A stretch of DNA of 64,000 bases from positions 8,506-72,505 of the forward strand of contig JALUCS010000126.1 in the NCBI GenBank assembly GCA_027050205.1. Direction: 5' to 3'. Position 1 is the first letter of the stretch. The number at the start of each line of letters is the position of its first letter. Shown here piece after piece: positions 1 through 9,378 of the stretch. The translations under genes were made by a program, and so were the position numbers. The DNA is from a candidate division WOR-3 bacterium. Its GTDB lineage: Bacteria; Hydrothermota; Hydrothermia; LBFQ01. A model generated the notes under the pieces. That model was given only the letters and a program-made list of their open reading frames with translations. It was not told the origin of the DNA and ran no database searches.

Positions 1-808
1 CGTCCTTCTCCCTGACGTAGGAGGCGTAGGTGGCTATCGCCCCCATACCGAGGGACAGGGTGAAGAAGATCTGCCCCGCCGCCTCAACCCAAACCTTAGC
101 GTCAAAGATACGGGAGAAGTCCGGTTTCCAGATGAACTCAAGCCCCTTAACGGCGCTCCAATGCTCGTTCGGCCCCTTTGAGAAGAATATGACCACCGCA
201 AGGAAGATGGCCATTACGATGAGTAGGGGCATGCCGTATTTGGCGAGGACCTCAATGCCGTACCGGACCCCCCTCTGGAGGACGTACCAGTTGAGGAGGA
301 CCGTTATCCAGAAGATGAGGTACGCGAAGGGGGTAGGCCTGGTGTACTCGGCGAGGAAGGCCCCGAAGGGACGGAGGGCCTCGGCCGTATCCGCCGTCCT
401 TATCGGTTCTGGGAGCCACCCGAAGAGGGCGCTAAGGGAGAAGCCGAGGGTCCAGGATTCTATATAGATGTAGTACATTATGATGAGGACGGGGGCTGCC
501 ACCCCCACCACGCCTATGAGCCTACCGATGAGCTTGGCCCTGCGGGAGCGGAAGAGGGTCCCGATTATACCCACGGTGGAGCCGTGGCCCCTCGCTCCCC
601 CGTACCTGCCCGCCATCCACTCCACCCACATCAGGGGGAGGCCAAGGAGGGCGAGGGAGACGAGGTAGGGGATCATAAAGGCCCCACCACCGTAAAGGGC
701 CACCTTTGAGGGGAATCGCAGGAGGTTCCCAAGGCCTACGGCGTTCCCGGCTGTGGCTAAGACGGCACCGATGCGGGAGCCCCAGTGTTGTCTCGGTCTC
801 TTGGCCAT
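1..808 (-). CDS. Sodium-dependent transporter, NSS/SNF (LeuT-like) family; runs off the left edge
   Basis: Not in the ORF track because it is partial. Manual translation from ATG at 808: MAKRPRQHWGSRIGAVLATAGNAVGLGNLLRFP...GGGAFMIPY...LGLPLMWVEW, the NSS TM1/TM2 signature. Confidence 0.93.
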   Translation of the reverse strand, partial: MAKRPRQHWGSRIGAVLATAGNAVGLGNLLRFPSKVALYGGGAFMIPYLVSLALLGLPLMWVEWMAGRYGGARGHGSTVGIIGTLFRSRRAKLIGRLIGVVGVAAPVLIIMYYIYIESWTLGFSLSALFGWLPEPIRTADTAEALRPFGAFLAEYTRPTPFAYLIFWITVLLNWYVLQRGVRYGIEVLAKYGMPLLIVMAIFLAVVIFFSKGPNEHWSAVKGLEFIWKPDFSRIFDAKVWVEAAGQIFFTLSLGMGAIATYASYVREKD

Positions 809-849
809 AGTCGTCTATTGTAATGAAGAAAACGGCTTAAAGAACGAGT

Positions 850-1203
850 TTATTCCCTTACCGTTGCCTTGAACCTCTCCACCTCGTCGGCCAGACTCTT
901 TAGGACGTAGGTCAGGACGGCGGCGTCGTCCACGTACCCCACTATGGGCAGGAAGTCCATTACAGCGTCCGTAGGGACGAGGAAGTAGAGTAGGGCGGCG
1001 GCGAGGGCGAAGATGGTCCTGTTGCTCAACCGGTACCTACCGCTCAAGGCCTCCCGGAGCATAGCGACCGTCAGGAGGAGGTCCCCCAGGATACCCTTCG
1101 GCCCCCCCTTCCTCAACCTCCCCTCCGCCTCCTTCAGGATCTCCCTTACGTCCCCCATCCCCCTAACGCGGGACAGGGCCAACCGGAACAGGAACTTCCC
1201 CAC
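850..1203 (-). CDS. DUF1232/YkvA family small membrane protein
   Basis: ALLYFLVPTDAVMDFLPIVGYVDDAAV motif. Confidence 0.88.
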   Translation of the reverse strand: MGKFLFRLALSRVRGMGDVREILKEAEGRLRKGGPKGILGDLLLTVAMLREALSGRYRLSNRTIFALAAALLYFLVPTDAVMDFLPIVGYVDDAAVLTYVLKSLADEVERFKATVRE

Positions 1204-1226
1204 AGGGAAATTTTAAGGCCGGAACC

Positions 1227-2195
1227 CTACCGGTTCCTTTTAGTGCGGTCGTACCTCTCAACCCACCTCCGGAGCTCCTCCTTGGAGGAGGCGTAGTCAA
1301 ATGCTTCATACACGACGAAGAAGTTCTCCGGGTCTACCACCCTGGGGTAGAGGAGCTTGGCCGCCTTCAGCCGATCGTTCTCAAAGTCAAACTCCTCCAG
1401 TATGGCCAACACCTGCTTGGATGTGAAGTAGTTCTTGGAAGCGGCCTCCTTAACTATCGCCATCTTCTCGTCGGAGAAAGAGGCGTCCTCTAAGGCCTCT
1501 ATGAGCCTCTCAAAGGCCTCCGGATCCATCGGCTCCCTGTCTTCCTCCTTGTTGAGGTGCTTGACGTACAGGGTGTTCTCCATCCCGTCCTTGACCTCCA
1601 CCTTCCCCTCCCACTCGCCGCGGCCGCACCTCAACCTCACTATGTAGAAGCCGGCCTTCAGGTACTTTCCCGTAGGGGTCGTCGCCTTATGGACGCGATG
1701 GCCGTCCTCGTCCAAAACCTCGCAGGAGCATCCCCTCGGCTCCTTTATCCGCAGGTAGGTCCTCCCGTAGGGCCGACGCACCACCGTATAGTCCCCGTAC
1801 TCCTCCCTCTCCTCCGTCTTCTCCCCATCCTTCTGCTCCATGTACTTGATGTAGAGAACGTTGTCCATCCCCCTCTTTATCTCCAGAACCCCGCTCCAGG
1901 AGTAGTCGTCGTAGCTGACGTTTATGCGGTACTTACCCGGCTTCATAGCCCTGGTGAGGGGTAGGTGGCTGGAGAGGACGAGGCGGTGGCTGCCGGCGCG
2001 GTATATGCGGACGGAGGCCCCTTCGGGGGAGGGGATAACGAGGCGGGTCATCCCCGTCCTCGCCCTGTAGAGGACGTAGGTATCGGTCTCGTACACTTCC
2101 TCGTACGCGTCCTCGTCGGGTAGGTCCACCCTCACCCTGGCCCTCCCTCCATCTACGTCTATTTGCAAACCTTGTGCCATTAACACCAACAGCAT
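1227..2195 (-). CDS. Exported protein with repeated beta-rich (PEGA-like) segments and a C-terminal DUF4476-like domain
   Basis: Internal repeat (..PGKYRINV..WSGVLEIKRGMDNVLYIK / ..AGFYIVRL..WEGKVEVKDGMENTLYVK). C-terminus MDPEAFERL..SFSDEK..YFTSKQV..FDFENDRLKAAKLLYPRVVDPENF resembles DUF4476. Confidence 0.65.
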   Translation of the reverse strand: MLLVLMAQGLQIDVDGGRARVRVDLPDEDAYEEVYETDTYVLYRARTGMTRLVIPSPEGASVRIYRAGSHRLVLSSHLPLTRAMKPGKYRINVSYDDYSWSGVLEIKRGMDNVLYIKYMEQKDGEKTEEREEYGDYTVVRRPYGRTYLRIKEPRGCSCEVLDEDGHRVHKATTPTGKYLKAGFYIVRLRCGRGEWEGKVEVKDGMENTLYVKHLNKEEDREPMDPEAFERLIEALEDASFSDEKMAIVKEAASKNYFTSKQVLAILEEFDFENDRLKAAKLLYPRVVDPENFFVVYEAFDYASSKEELRRWVERYDRTKRNR

Positions 2196-2337
2196 AACGA
2201 GTCTATTCTAAGGACGTGTCGGTGTAAGGGGGCGGAACCGACGAATACACCCTCCAAACCGCTGATTGTTCCTATAAGATAGAACAATTGCGTACGGCCG
2301 CCCTACGCCGCCCCTATTGCTCCGCTTAAGGAGAGCA

Positions 2338-4692
2338 TCACCTCACTACGACGAACTTGCCCGTTGCCGTCCCCCTCTCCGTCATCACCACTACGAAGTA
2401 CAGCCCTTCGGGTAGGTTGGAGATGTTCAGGCTCAACTCCGTCTCCCCTACGCTTATGTTCCTGGTCACCTTCTCCTCCCTTACGAGGTGGCCGGAGGCC
2501 GAGTATATGCGGATGGCCACGTAGTCGGCCGGGTAGGGACTCTCAACGACTAAGGTTATACGCCTGTGCCTGGACTTTGAGTAGGGGTTGGGATAGACCT
2601 TCGCCACCCTCATCCGTGGGCCTGTAGGCTCCACCTCAAACGGCTCGGCCGTAGCGAGGGCGTAGGCGTCGGGCATTCCGTACCCCGTCAGGTAGTTGGG
2701 CGTCGGATAGCCGGGGAGCTGGGAGGCTGTCTCAAGGAGCTTCCGCCGGAGCTTGGCGACGTCCCACGATGGATGGACCTCAAGGGCGAGGGCGAGGGCG
2801 CCCACCGTCAGGGGCGTGGAGTAGGAGGTCCCGGATACGCTCACGAGGGGGAAGGAGTCGTCCACCGCCACCACCGTGAAGGGGGCAGCCACCTCCGGCT
2901 TCACCCGGCCATCCGCGGAGGGGCCGAAGGCAGACCGGTTGGCCGGGAGCCACCTCCCGGAGACGGAGTCCCATATTACGCCGCTAACCGCCACCATATC
3001 GTAGGCGTCGGCGGGGGCCGTAAGCGTTGTGTCCCCTACGAGGGGGTCGGGCAGGGGCCTGTTTCCGACGTTCCCCATGGCGGCGACCACCAAAAGGCCG
3101 TACTTGAGGGCCTGGGAGACCGCCCGTGAGGAGACGGCCGTCCGGCCGTCCATCATATCCTTCGTGTATCCGAGGTCCGCCCCGTAGCCCAGGCTGATGT
3201 TGGCTATCTGCACACCCCGACGCACCGCCCACTCCAACGCTGCTACGAGGAAGTCCTCCTCTATGCGGTTCTCCCACACCACCCCCGTATCCGTACGGCC
3301 CACCTTCTCCGTCTTGGCGAGGTAGTAGGTCGCCCCCGGCGCCACCCCGATCAGCCTCCCCTCAACGTACCCGGCCAGGACGGAGAGGACGCGGGTACCG
3401 TGGTACCGGCCTATCCCGTACTCCGGGGCCTCCGCAACCGTGTCCCCCCTGGCCCGGAAGACCAACCTATCCCCGAAGAAGGTGGGTTTGTCGCACGAGG
3501 TCCACCCGTAGGTGCCAAGGAGGTTGCCGAGGGTGTCGTACACCTCTATACGGTCGGGGGAGGGTACCGCCACCTCCGTACCGTTGAAGGCCACCTCCGT
3601 GAGCATAGGGGCGGAGGCTACGGGTCTCCCACCGACGAAGGCCGTATCGTTCCTGACGTAGGCCACCTTACCGCCGGCGTATACGGGACGGAAGCCGGGA
3701 AACAGGGGGGTGGTACCGCTGCGGGTCATCATATAGACCGTATCCCCGTCGGAGAAGAGTAGGGTATCCCCCTTTAGGTGCATCCCCCCGAAACCCTCTA
3801 CCCTCTTACCCCTCCAGCACTCTATGGAGGATATTGCTCTATCGTAATAGCACAATTTTACGCTGTCCCCAGTGAAGGCCCCCAACGTGAGGGTGTCGGG
3901 TAGGGTGTCTAAGACGGCCATCTGGTAGCCGGTGAAGGTCCTTATGTCCTTTACAGTATCCTCCACCGTATCCACGGTGGCGAGGTGTAGGGTTCCGAAG
4001 CCGGAGGTCCATGCTACGAATATGCTGTCCCCAAGGAGGGCCAGCGAGGGGTTGTACTCGTACCCCATCTGGACGTTCCTAAGGCTCCACGAGCTGTCCT
4101 CGTTCAGGACGTACAGATAGAGGTTCCACGCCCGCGTGTTCGTTCCCTGTAGGGCCTTCTCGTCGGCACCGGAGTAGATGCAGAGGAAGGAGGAGGACAG
4201 GGGGAGGCAGTCGTAGGAGTGGACGTAGAAGGGTATGGGAACGGGGGGAGGGATCTCCCTGTCCTCCAACATCAGGCGGTCCCCACTGTTGAAGTCCATC
4301 TGACCGCCCACCTTAACGCCGAAGAGGGCGGGGTTGTTCAGGTCAAAGCCCGTGTCAAATATCCCGACCTTTACCCCCTTGCCGGTTATACCCAGCGAGT
4401 GGAGGGTGTCGGCCCTTACGGCCTCTACCTGCCGTTTGGACTCCCCGTAGGAGTAAGAGGAGATACCAATATTGCTACTGTTAAGCGGAACAATATTCCC
4501 GGAGCGTTTCACCCTGTACGTAAGGACGGGTACCCCCTCCGGGTTGAGGCGGAAGCCCCTCGGACTCTTCCCTTCCGCGAACCAGTAGAAGGAGAAACGT
4601 TCGGTTAGGGTGGATTTGGTCCTCATATAGAGGGAGTAGGCCTCCGCGTAAGGTACGTCGCTCGCCCTAAGGGACACCCAAAGAGGTACCAT
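2338..4692 (-). CDS. S8 (subtilisin-like) serine peptidase with a large insertion and a T9SS-like C-terminal domain
   Basis: Catalytic motifs VGIFDTG, YHGTRVLSVLAG, AAMGN and SGTSYSTP. C-terminus VYPNP...IRIYSASGHLV...NLPEGLYFV...KFVVVR. Start moved from 4818 to ATG 4692, which has TATAAT 7 nt upstream and avoids overlap with the divergent gene. Confidence 0.9.
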   Translation of the reverse strand: MVPLWVSLRASDVPYAEAYSLYMRTKSTLTERFSFYWFAEGKSPRGFRLNPEGVPVLTYRVKRSGNIVPLNSSNIGISSYSYGESKRQVEAVRADTLHSLGITGKGVKVGIFDTGFDLNNPALFGVKVGGQMDFNSGDRLMLEDREIPPPVPIPFYVHSYDCLPLSSSFLCIYSGADEKALQGTNTRAWNLYLYVLNEDSSWSLRNVQMGYEYNPSLALLGDSIFVAWTSGFGTLHLATVDTVEDTVKDIRTFTGYQMAVLDTLPDTLTLGAFTGDSVKLCYYDRAISSIECWRGKRVEGFGGMHLKGDTLLFSDGDTVYMMTRSGTTPLFPGFRPVYAGGKVAYVRNDTAFVGGRPVASAPMLTEVAFNGTEVAVPSPDRIEVYDTLGNLLGTYGWTSCDKPTFFGDRLVFRARGDTVAEAPEYGIGRYHGTRVLSVLAGYVEGRLIGVAPGATYYLAKTEKVGRTDTGVVWENRIEEDFLVAALEWAVRRGVQIANISLGYGADLGYTKDMMDGRTAVSSRAVSQALKYGLLVVAAMGNVGNRPLPDPLVGDTTLTAPADAYDMVAVSGVIWDSVSGRWLPANRSAFGPSADGRVKPEVAAPFTVVAVDDSFPLVSVSGTSYSTPLTVGALALALEVHPSWDVAKLRRKLLETASQLPGYPTPNYLTGYGMPDAYALATAEPFEVEPTGPRMRVAKVYPNPYSKSRHRRITLVVESPYPADYVAIRIYSASGHLVREEKVTRNISVGETELSLNISNLPEGLYFVVVMTERGTATGKFVVVR

Positions 4693-4765
4693 AGACGCTA
4701 TTATATTTCCGGAGGGTAGTCGGAATACGTCCCCGTCCGTCCCCGCCGTATAATAGTGCGACCGT

Positions 4766-5863
4766 ATGTGGCTACTTCTCCTTACCGCCACCTCTTCCGA
4801 CAGCCTCTTGGTGCGCACAATGAAGCCGGAGATAGAGAAGGTTTTCGTTCCGCCTCCGGACTACACCCTGAACCCCGGCGACCGGGTCCTCATAACCGCG
4901 TACTCAAAGGAGGTCTCCATAGTCCAGTACGAGACCTTCGTAGATAACAACGGCCTCCTACCCCTTGAGATATCCCCCCTCTCCCGCCCTACGGCCGTAA
5001 AGGTCAAGGGGCTGACCATAGACTCCGCCCAGAAGGTCCTCCTAAAGGCCTACAGGAGGTTCATCCCCTCCGTCGGGTACGTGTCCCTCCAGCTCATAGC
5101 CCCCTCCAAGTTCTACGTCATACTCCGGGGGAACTTTGACCCCTCCCTCAACGGCTTCCTTCAGGTCAACGGCCTTACGAGGCTCTCCGACCTCGTTTGG
5201 AAGAAGGGGAAGGCCCTCCCTTACTCGGCCTTCAGCCGGGTGGTTGTCAACGGCGATACCTTCAACCTCTGGAGGTACCTCAAGGAGGGGGACATAAGCC
5301 AGAACCCCCTGCTCAAGGCCTACGATACGGTATTTCTGGATAGGACGGACTCCGTCGTCTATGCCGTCGGGGACTTCTCCAAGGGGAACTACTGGACGAT
5401 AGAGTGGGAGCCGGGGGATAGGGTCCACGACCTCGTCCTTAAGCTCCAGCTCGCCCGCCGTCTCTACACCCTGCGGAGGGTCCTCATAAACGGCCGGGAG
5501 GCCAACTTAAACACCCCCCTGCACGTCGGTGATACGGTTAGTTTTGACTTCGCCATTCCCTACGTCCTCGTCCTCGGAGAGGTCGTCAAACCGGGTGGGG
5601 TGGAGTACGCCCCCCACAAGACCGTCCAGGACTACATAATAGAGTCCTACGGTTTCGGCGAGAGGGCCAACCGCTGGAACATACGGGTGAAACATCCGGG
5701 GAGTACGAAGTTGGAGAGGGTCTCCCTGGACTACAGGCCCGGTCCGGGGGACGTAATAATCGTCGGCACTACCCTCCTGACCTTCAGGGACCTCGTCTTC
5801 CTCGGCCCCTCCATCGTATCAACGGCCGTCCTCGTCTATACTACCTTCTTCTCAAAGCGTTGA
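4766..5863 (+). CDS. Polysaccharide export protein with SLBB domains (Wza/KpsD-like)
   Basis: DYTLNPGDRV (Poly_export), VLVLGEVVKPGGVEY and PGDVIIV (SLBB), C-terminal amphipathic helix. Confidence 0.8.
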   Translation: MWLLLLTATSSDSLLVRTMKPEIEKVFVPPPDYTLNPGDRVLITAYSKEVSIVQYETFVDNNGLLPLEISPLSRPTAVKVKGLTIDSAQKVLLKAYRRFIPSVGYVSLQLIAPSKFYVILRGNFDPSLNGFLQVNGLTRLSDLVWKKGKALPYSAFSRVVVNGDTFNLWRYLKEGDISQNPLLKAYDTVFLDRTDSVVYAVGDFSKGNYWTIEWEPGDRVHDLVLKLQLARRLYTLRRVLINGREANLNTPLHVGDTVSFDFAIPYVLVLGEVVKPGGVEYAPHKTVQDYIIESYGFGERANRWNIRVKHPGSTKLERVSLDYRPGPGDVIIVGTTLLTFRDLVFLGPSIVSTAVLVYTTFFSKR

Positions 5864-6587
5864 AGAGGCGGTGGTAGAGGGGCGTTAGCCTTGAGGGTAA
5901 GGTTAAGGCCACATCCACCAAGGCGTAGAGGGACAGGAGCTTGTGCCTTAATGTCAGGTCGGGGAGCATAACGGGTATCCTCGGTACGTGCATCCTACCG
6001 AAGGACCTTCGGCAAGAGGGACCGGCGAATCCCCAGCGGTACCCCACCTCTGCGGCTACGGATAGCACCTTCCTATTATATATATTAAAAGGATAGGCAA
6101 CGGCGACCACCTCCTCACCGAGGAGGTCCTCAAGGTACTTCTTGGAGTACTCCAACTCGTAGCGGAGTTGCCGGTCGGGTAGGGTGGTCAGGGAACGGTG
6201 GGAGACCGTGTGGGAGCCTACGAGCCAGCCGGAGCGGTGTAGTTCTATTATAGCGGAACGATCCATGTGCCTTACGGGTATACCGAAGTGAGCGTCCCAC
6301 AGGTTCCGCTTGCCAACGAAGTCGGTGATGACGAAGACGGCTCCCTTTACACCCATCTCCTCCATTATCGGGAAGGCCCACCTATGGACCCCCTCAAGGG
6401 CGTCGTCAAAGGTCAGGAGGAAGGCGTCGTAGGGTAGGGGGAAGCGAAGGGCCTTGGGGTCCATAGGGCGAAAGCGGTTGAGGAGGAAGGAGAGGTGCCT
6501 TCGGAAGAACTTCGGGGGTACCCAGTTCCCCGAAAGCCTAAGGTAGGGGGAGACGTCGTGATAGGCGAAGACGAGGGGGTACCTCAC
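5841..6587 (-). CDS. Polysaccharide deacetylase (NodB/CE4)
   Basis: YHDV, LTFDDA, GSHTVSH and AYPF motifs. Confidence 0.9.
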   Translation of the reverse strand: MRYPLVFAYHDVSPYLRLSGNWVPPKFFRRHLSFLLNRFRPMDPKALRFPLPYDAFLLTFDDALEGVHRWAFPIMEEMGVKGAVFVITDFVGKRNLWDAHFGIPVRHMDRSAIIELHRSGWLVGSHTVSHRSLTTLPDRQLRYELEYSKKYLEDLLGEEVVAVAYPFNIYNRKVLSVAAEVGYRWGFAGPSCRRSFGRMHVPRIPVMLPDLTLRHKLLSLYALVDVALTLPSRLTPLYHRLFNALRRR

Positions 6588-6874
6588 GGTGGGTATTGTA
6601 CGGTGGAGGGGTTTTGGGCCGGGGTGGTTATTTGTATTATATCAATATTTTCATAATACGACTAATTTTACTGTTTGATGGTATTTTAGTGTTAAATTGC
6701 AACATTTTAATACAAAGATTTATTTATATGTATAGATAATATAGTTTCAATAAATTGTATAATAATTTTACTTTTTGATAGAAAAGTATTCGTACAACAC
6801 TTAAATATCACACTCCCCACAAACGATTTCCAACCTTTACCCCCACCGGAGGCCGGCCGTATAATATCGCAGGT

Positions 6875-7540
6875 ATGGCCGTATTCAAGAGATTGGCGGA
6901 TATCCTTAGGGCGAACATAAACGCCCTGTTGGAGAAGGCGGAGGATCCGGAGAAGATGCTCAAGCTCATCCTATCCGATATGGAGGAGGCCTTGAGGAAG
7001 GCCACGGTGGCGACGGCCCAGGCCGTGGCCAACGAGAGGCGGCTGAAGGCCCAGTACGAGCGGGCGAAGGCCCTCGCCGAGGAGTGGCAGAGGAGGGCGG
7101 AGGAGGCCCTTAAGTCCGGGGACGAGGCCCTCGCTATGAAGGCCCTCAAGAAGAAGGTGGAGTACGAGGAGAAGGCCGCCCGGTACGAGGAGGCTTACAG
7201 GGAGGCTCACGAGGTCTCCGAGAGGATGAGGGACCAGCTGGAGAAGCTCAAGGCCAAGCTTGAGGAGGCTCGGACGCGGTATACGACCCTCATATCCCGG
7301 AAGAAGGCCGCCGAGGCGCAAAAGACCTTCGCCCAGTACTCCGGTACCTTCGGGGGTGAGGTCTTCTCCAAGTTTGATAAGATGGAGGATAGGATCCTCC
7401 GGGAGGAGGAGGAGGCCAAGGCCCTCGCAGAGCTGTCCGGCGATACCCTTGAGGACGAGTACGACGAGCTTATGAAGGAGAAGAAGGTCCAGAGCGAACT
7501 TGAGGCCCTCAAGGAGAAGCTCGGCCTGAAGGGAGGGTAG
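6875..7540 (+). CDS. pspA: PspA/IM30 family protein
   Basis: MAVFKRLADILRANINALLEKAEDPEKML, long coiled coil, FDKMEDRI. Confidence 0.93.
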   Translation: MAVFKRLADILRANINALLEKAEDPEKMLKLILSDMEEALRKATVATAQAVANERRLKAQYERAKALAEEWQRRAEEALKSGDEALAMKALKKKVEYEEKAARYEEAYREAHEVSERMRDQLEKLKAKLEEARTRYTTLISRKKAAEAQKTFAQYSGTFGGEVFSKFDKMEDRILREEEEAKALAELSGDTLEDEYDELMKEKKVQSELEALKEKLGLKGG

Positions 7541-7545
7541 GGGAG

Positions 7546-7992
7546 ATGAAGGTGAAGATAGTTCCCGGTACGAACGAGAGGCTCCTGCAGGAGGTCAGGG
7601 GGAAGGTCAGGGATTACCTGAAGGACATAGTTGGGGACTTCGTGGAGATGGACGGCATCTTCTCCTTCACCTACGGGAGCGTCACCGTCAACGTTGAGGT
7701 TGTCCCTTGGCACAGTGAGGACGTCTTGGTCAAGGTCTTCTCCTACATAGCAGAGAACGTCTCCCTATCCGAGGAGCTTATGGCCACCCTCCTTGAGATG
7801 AACGCCCGCTTGCCCCTCGGAGCCTTCGCCCTCGGTATGGACAACAGCGTCGTGTTCCGGTACGCCCTCGCCGGGGCCAACCTGAACTTCAACGAGCTCC
7901 TTGCCGCCGTCTATACCGTCGCGACCGTTGCCGACTCCTACGATGAGTTCGTAAAGGGCTACAGCGCGGGGATGGAGAGGAGGCTGGACTGA
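7546..7992 (+). CDS. YbjN/T3SS-chaperone-fold protein
   Basis: Size and pattern YGSVTVNV...LLEMNARLPLGAFAL...ATVADSYD are typical of YbjN-like domains. Confidence 0.65.
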   Translation: MKVKIVPGTNERLLQEVRGKVRDYLKDIVGDFVEMDGIFSFTYGSVTVNVEVVPWHSEDVLVKVFSYIAENVSLSEELMATLLEMNARLPLGAFALGMDNSVVFRYALAGANLNFNELLAAVYTVATVADSYDEFVKGYSAGMERRLD

Positions 7993-7993
7993 T

Positions 7994-8590
7994 ATGGGTA
8001 CCGTATTGCTCCTATTAACCGTAGCAATACTTCTCCTCCTCGTCGGCGTACCCGTATACCTTATATATCTATATAACAACCTCGTCCGGAAGAGGCAGCT
8101 GGTAAAGGAAGCCTGGAGCGGCGTTGAGGTGCAGCTGAAGCGCAGGGCCGACCTCATCCCCTCGTTGGTAGAGGTCGTAAAGGGGTACGCCAAGCACGAA
8201 AAGGAGATATTTGAGAAGATAGCCGAGGCGAGGGCGAAGAGCCTCGGAGTGGGGAGCATCGCCGAGAGGGGTAGGGCGGAGGGGGAGCTAACCCGTGCCT
8301 TGAAGAGCATAATAGCCCTCGCCGAGAAGTACCCGGACCTCAAGGCCAATAAGAACTTCCTTGAGCTGCAGAAGGCCTTAACGGACGTAGAGGACGAGCT
8401 ACAGCTCGCCCGCCGATACTACAACGCCACCGTGAGGGAGTACAACACGGCTATACAGATGTTCCCGGCCGTCCTCATAGCCAGGAGTATGGGCTTTACG
8501 CCGGAGGAGTACTTTGACCTTGACGTAGAGGCCTTCAGGAGCGGGGAGGACGCCGTTCAGCAGCGGAGGAGGCCGAAGATAGAGTTCTGA
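7994..8590 (+). CDS. lemA: LemA family protein
   Basis: N-terminal TM, YNNLV...AWSGVEVQLKRRADLIP...YAKHE...AEKYPDLKAN...ARRYYN. Confidence 0.95.
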   Translation: MGTVLLLLTVAILLLLVGVPVYLIYLYNNLVRKRQLVKEAWSGVEVQLKRRADLIPSLVEVVKGYAKHEKEIFEKIAEARAKSLGVGSIAERGRAEGELTRALKSIIALAEKYPDLKANKNFLELQKALTDVEDELQLARRYYNATVREYNTAIQMFPAVLIARSMGFTPEEYFDLDVEAFRSGEDAVQQRRRPKIEF

Positions 8591-8595
8591 AACGG

Positions 8596-8623
8596 GTTGC
8601 ACATAAGGTATCTTATGTTAACT
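8596..8623 (+). other. dif: dif site (XerC/XerD chromosome dimer resolution site)
   Basis: GTTGCACATAA-GGTATC-TTATGTTAACT. 11-6-11 architecture; arms differ from E. coli dif (GGTGCGCATAA / TTATGTTAAAT) at 2 and 1 positions. Intergenic. Confidence 0.85.
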
Positions 8624-8632
8624 AACCTTTCA

Positions 8633-8671
8633 GGGAGGGACGGGGGCGGTCAAGAGACCTCTGCCCCTCCC
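8633..8671 (+). terminator. GC-rich hairpin downstream of lemA and dif (possible terminator)
   Basis: GGGAGGG...GGTC-AAGA-GACC...CCCTCCC stem-loop; no U-tract. Confidence 0.35.
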
Positions 8672-9378
8672 TCCATCTACCGTTGGCATCAAACTTTCCG
8701 CAATCGCTCCGGCCCCTATTGTTCCGCTTTACAGAATCTACAACCCCCGACCCCGATTTAGCGAAGGGTTGGTCGCCCTGTCCCCTACCCTAACGCCGTT
8801 ACCTATATGCCGTTTTAGGTACGTCTCCCGGACCCGTGGGGTTCCTAAGGTTCTACGGATTCGTAGATGAGAATACCGGTGCAGTCTTAGATCCAACGTA
8901 ACAGTCCTTGATGCGAATAAATCGCCCGTTGGAGGGCCGGGAAGTAATACCGTAGGGTTCAAACCTCGCCCAACCGCACTTTTATTCGTAGTACCCTACC
9001 CTAATTCAGAAACCTCCATCCAACGCCGTCGGGGAACATCCCCAAACTCCACGGGGCCGGCTTTCGTCAAGCATCAAGTTCCATACGACATAGCCCGAAT
9101 CTTATCGGGGAAACCGGCAACAACACCCATGGGACCGCCCGCCGTTTGATAGGGACTCCTATTCGTCGGTTCCTACTTTGATCAAACTGGGATAACCCAA
9201 GGGCGACTTCGGGGACGTCGTCTGTTCCCTTACGTACCGCTTAAGCGGATCTATGTGTTATTGATACGCTAAACCGGAACAATAATCACTCCGGCGAAAT
9301 GGTTTCCGTTGGATCAAGTATTGCTCCTATTAAATAGAACAATACCCAAGACGCCGCCCTCCGTATAATCAACCCGCT

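Noticed and set aside
8680..9370. Possible element integrated at dif, or the 74-aa ORF 8738-8962
   Set aside because: No recognisable protein motifs, no second dif-like copy and no mobility genes seen.
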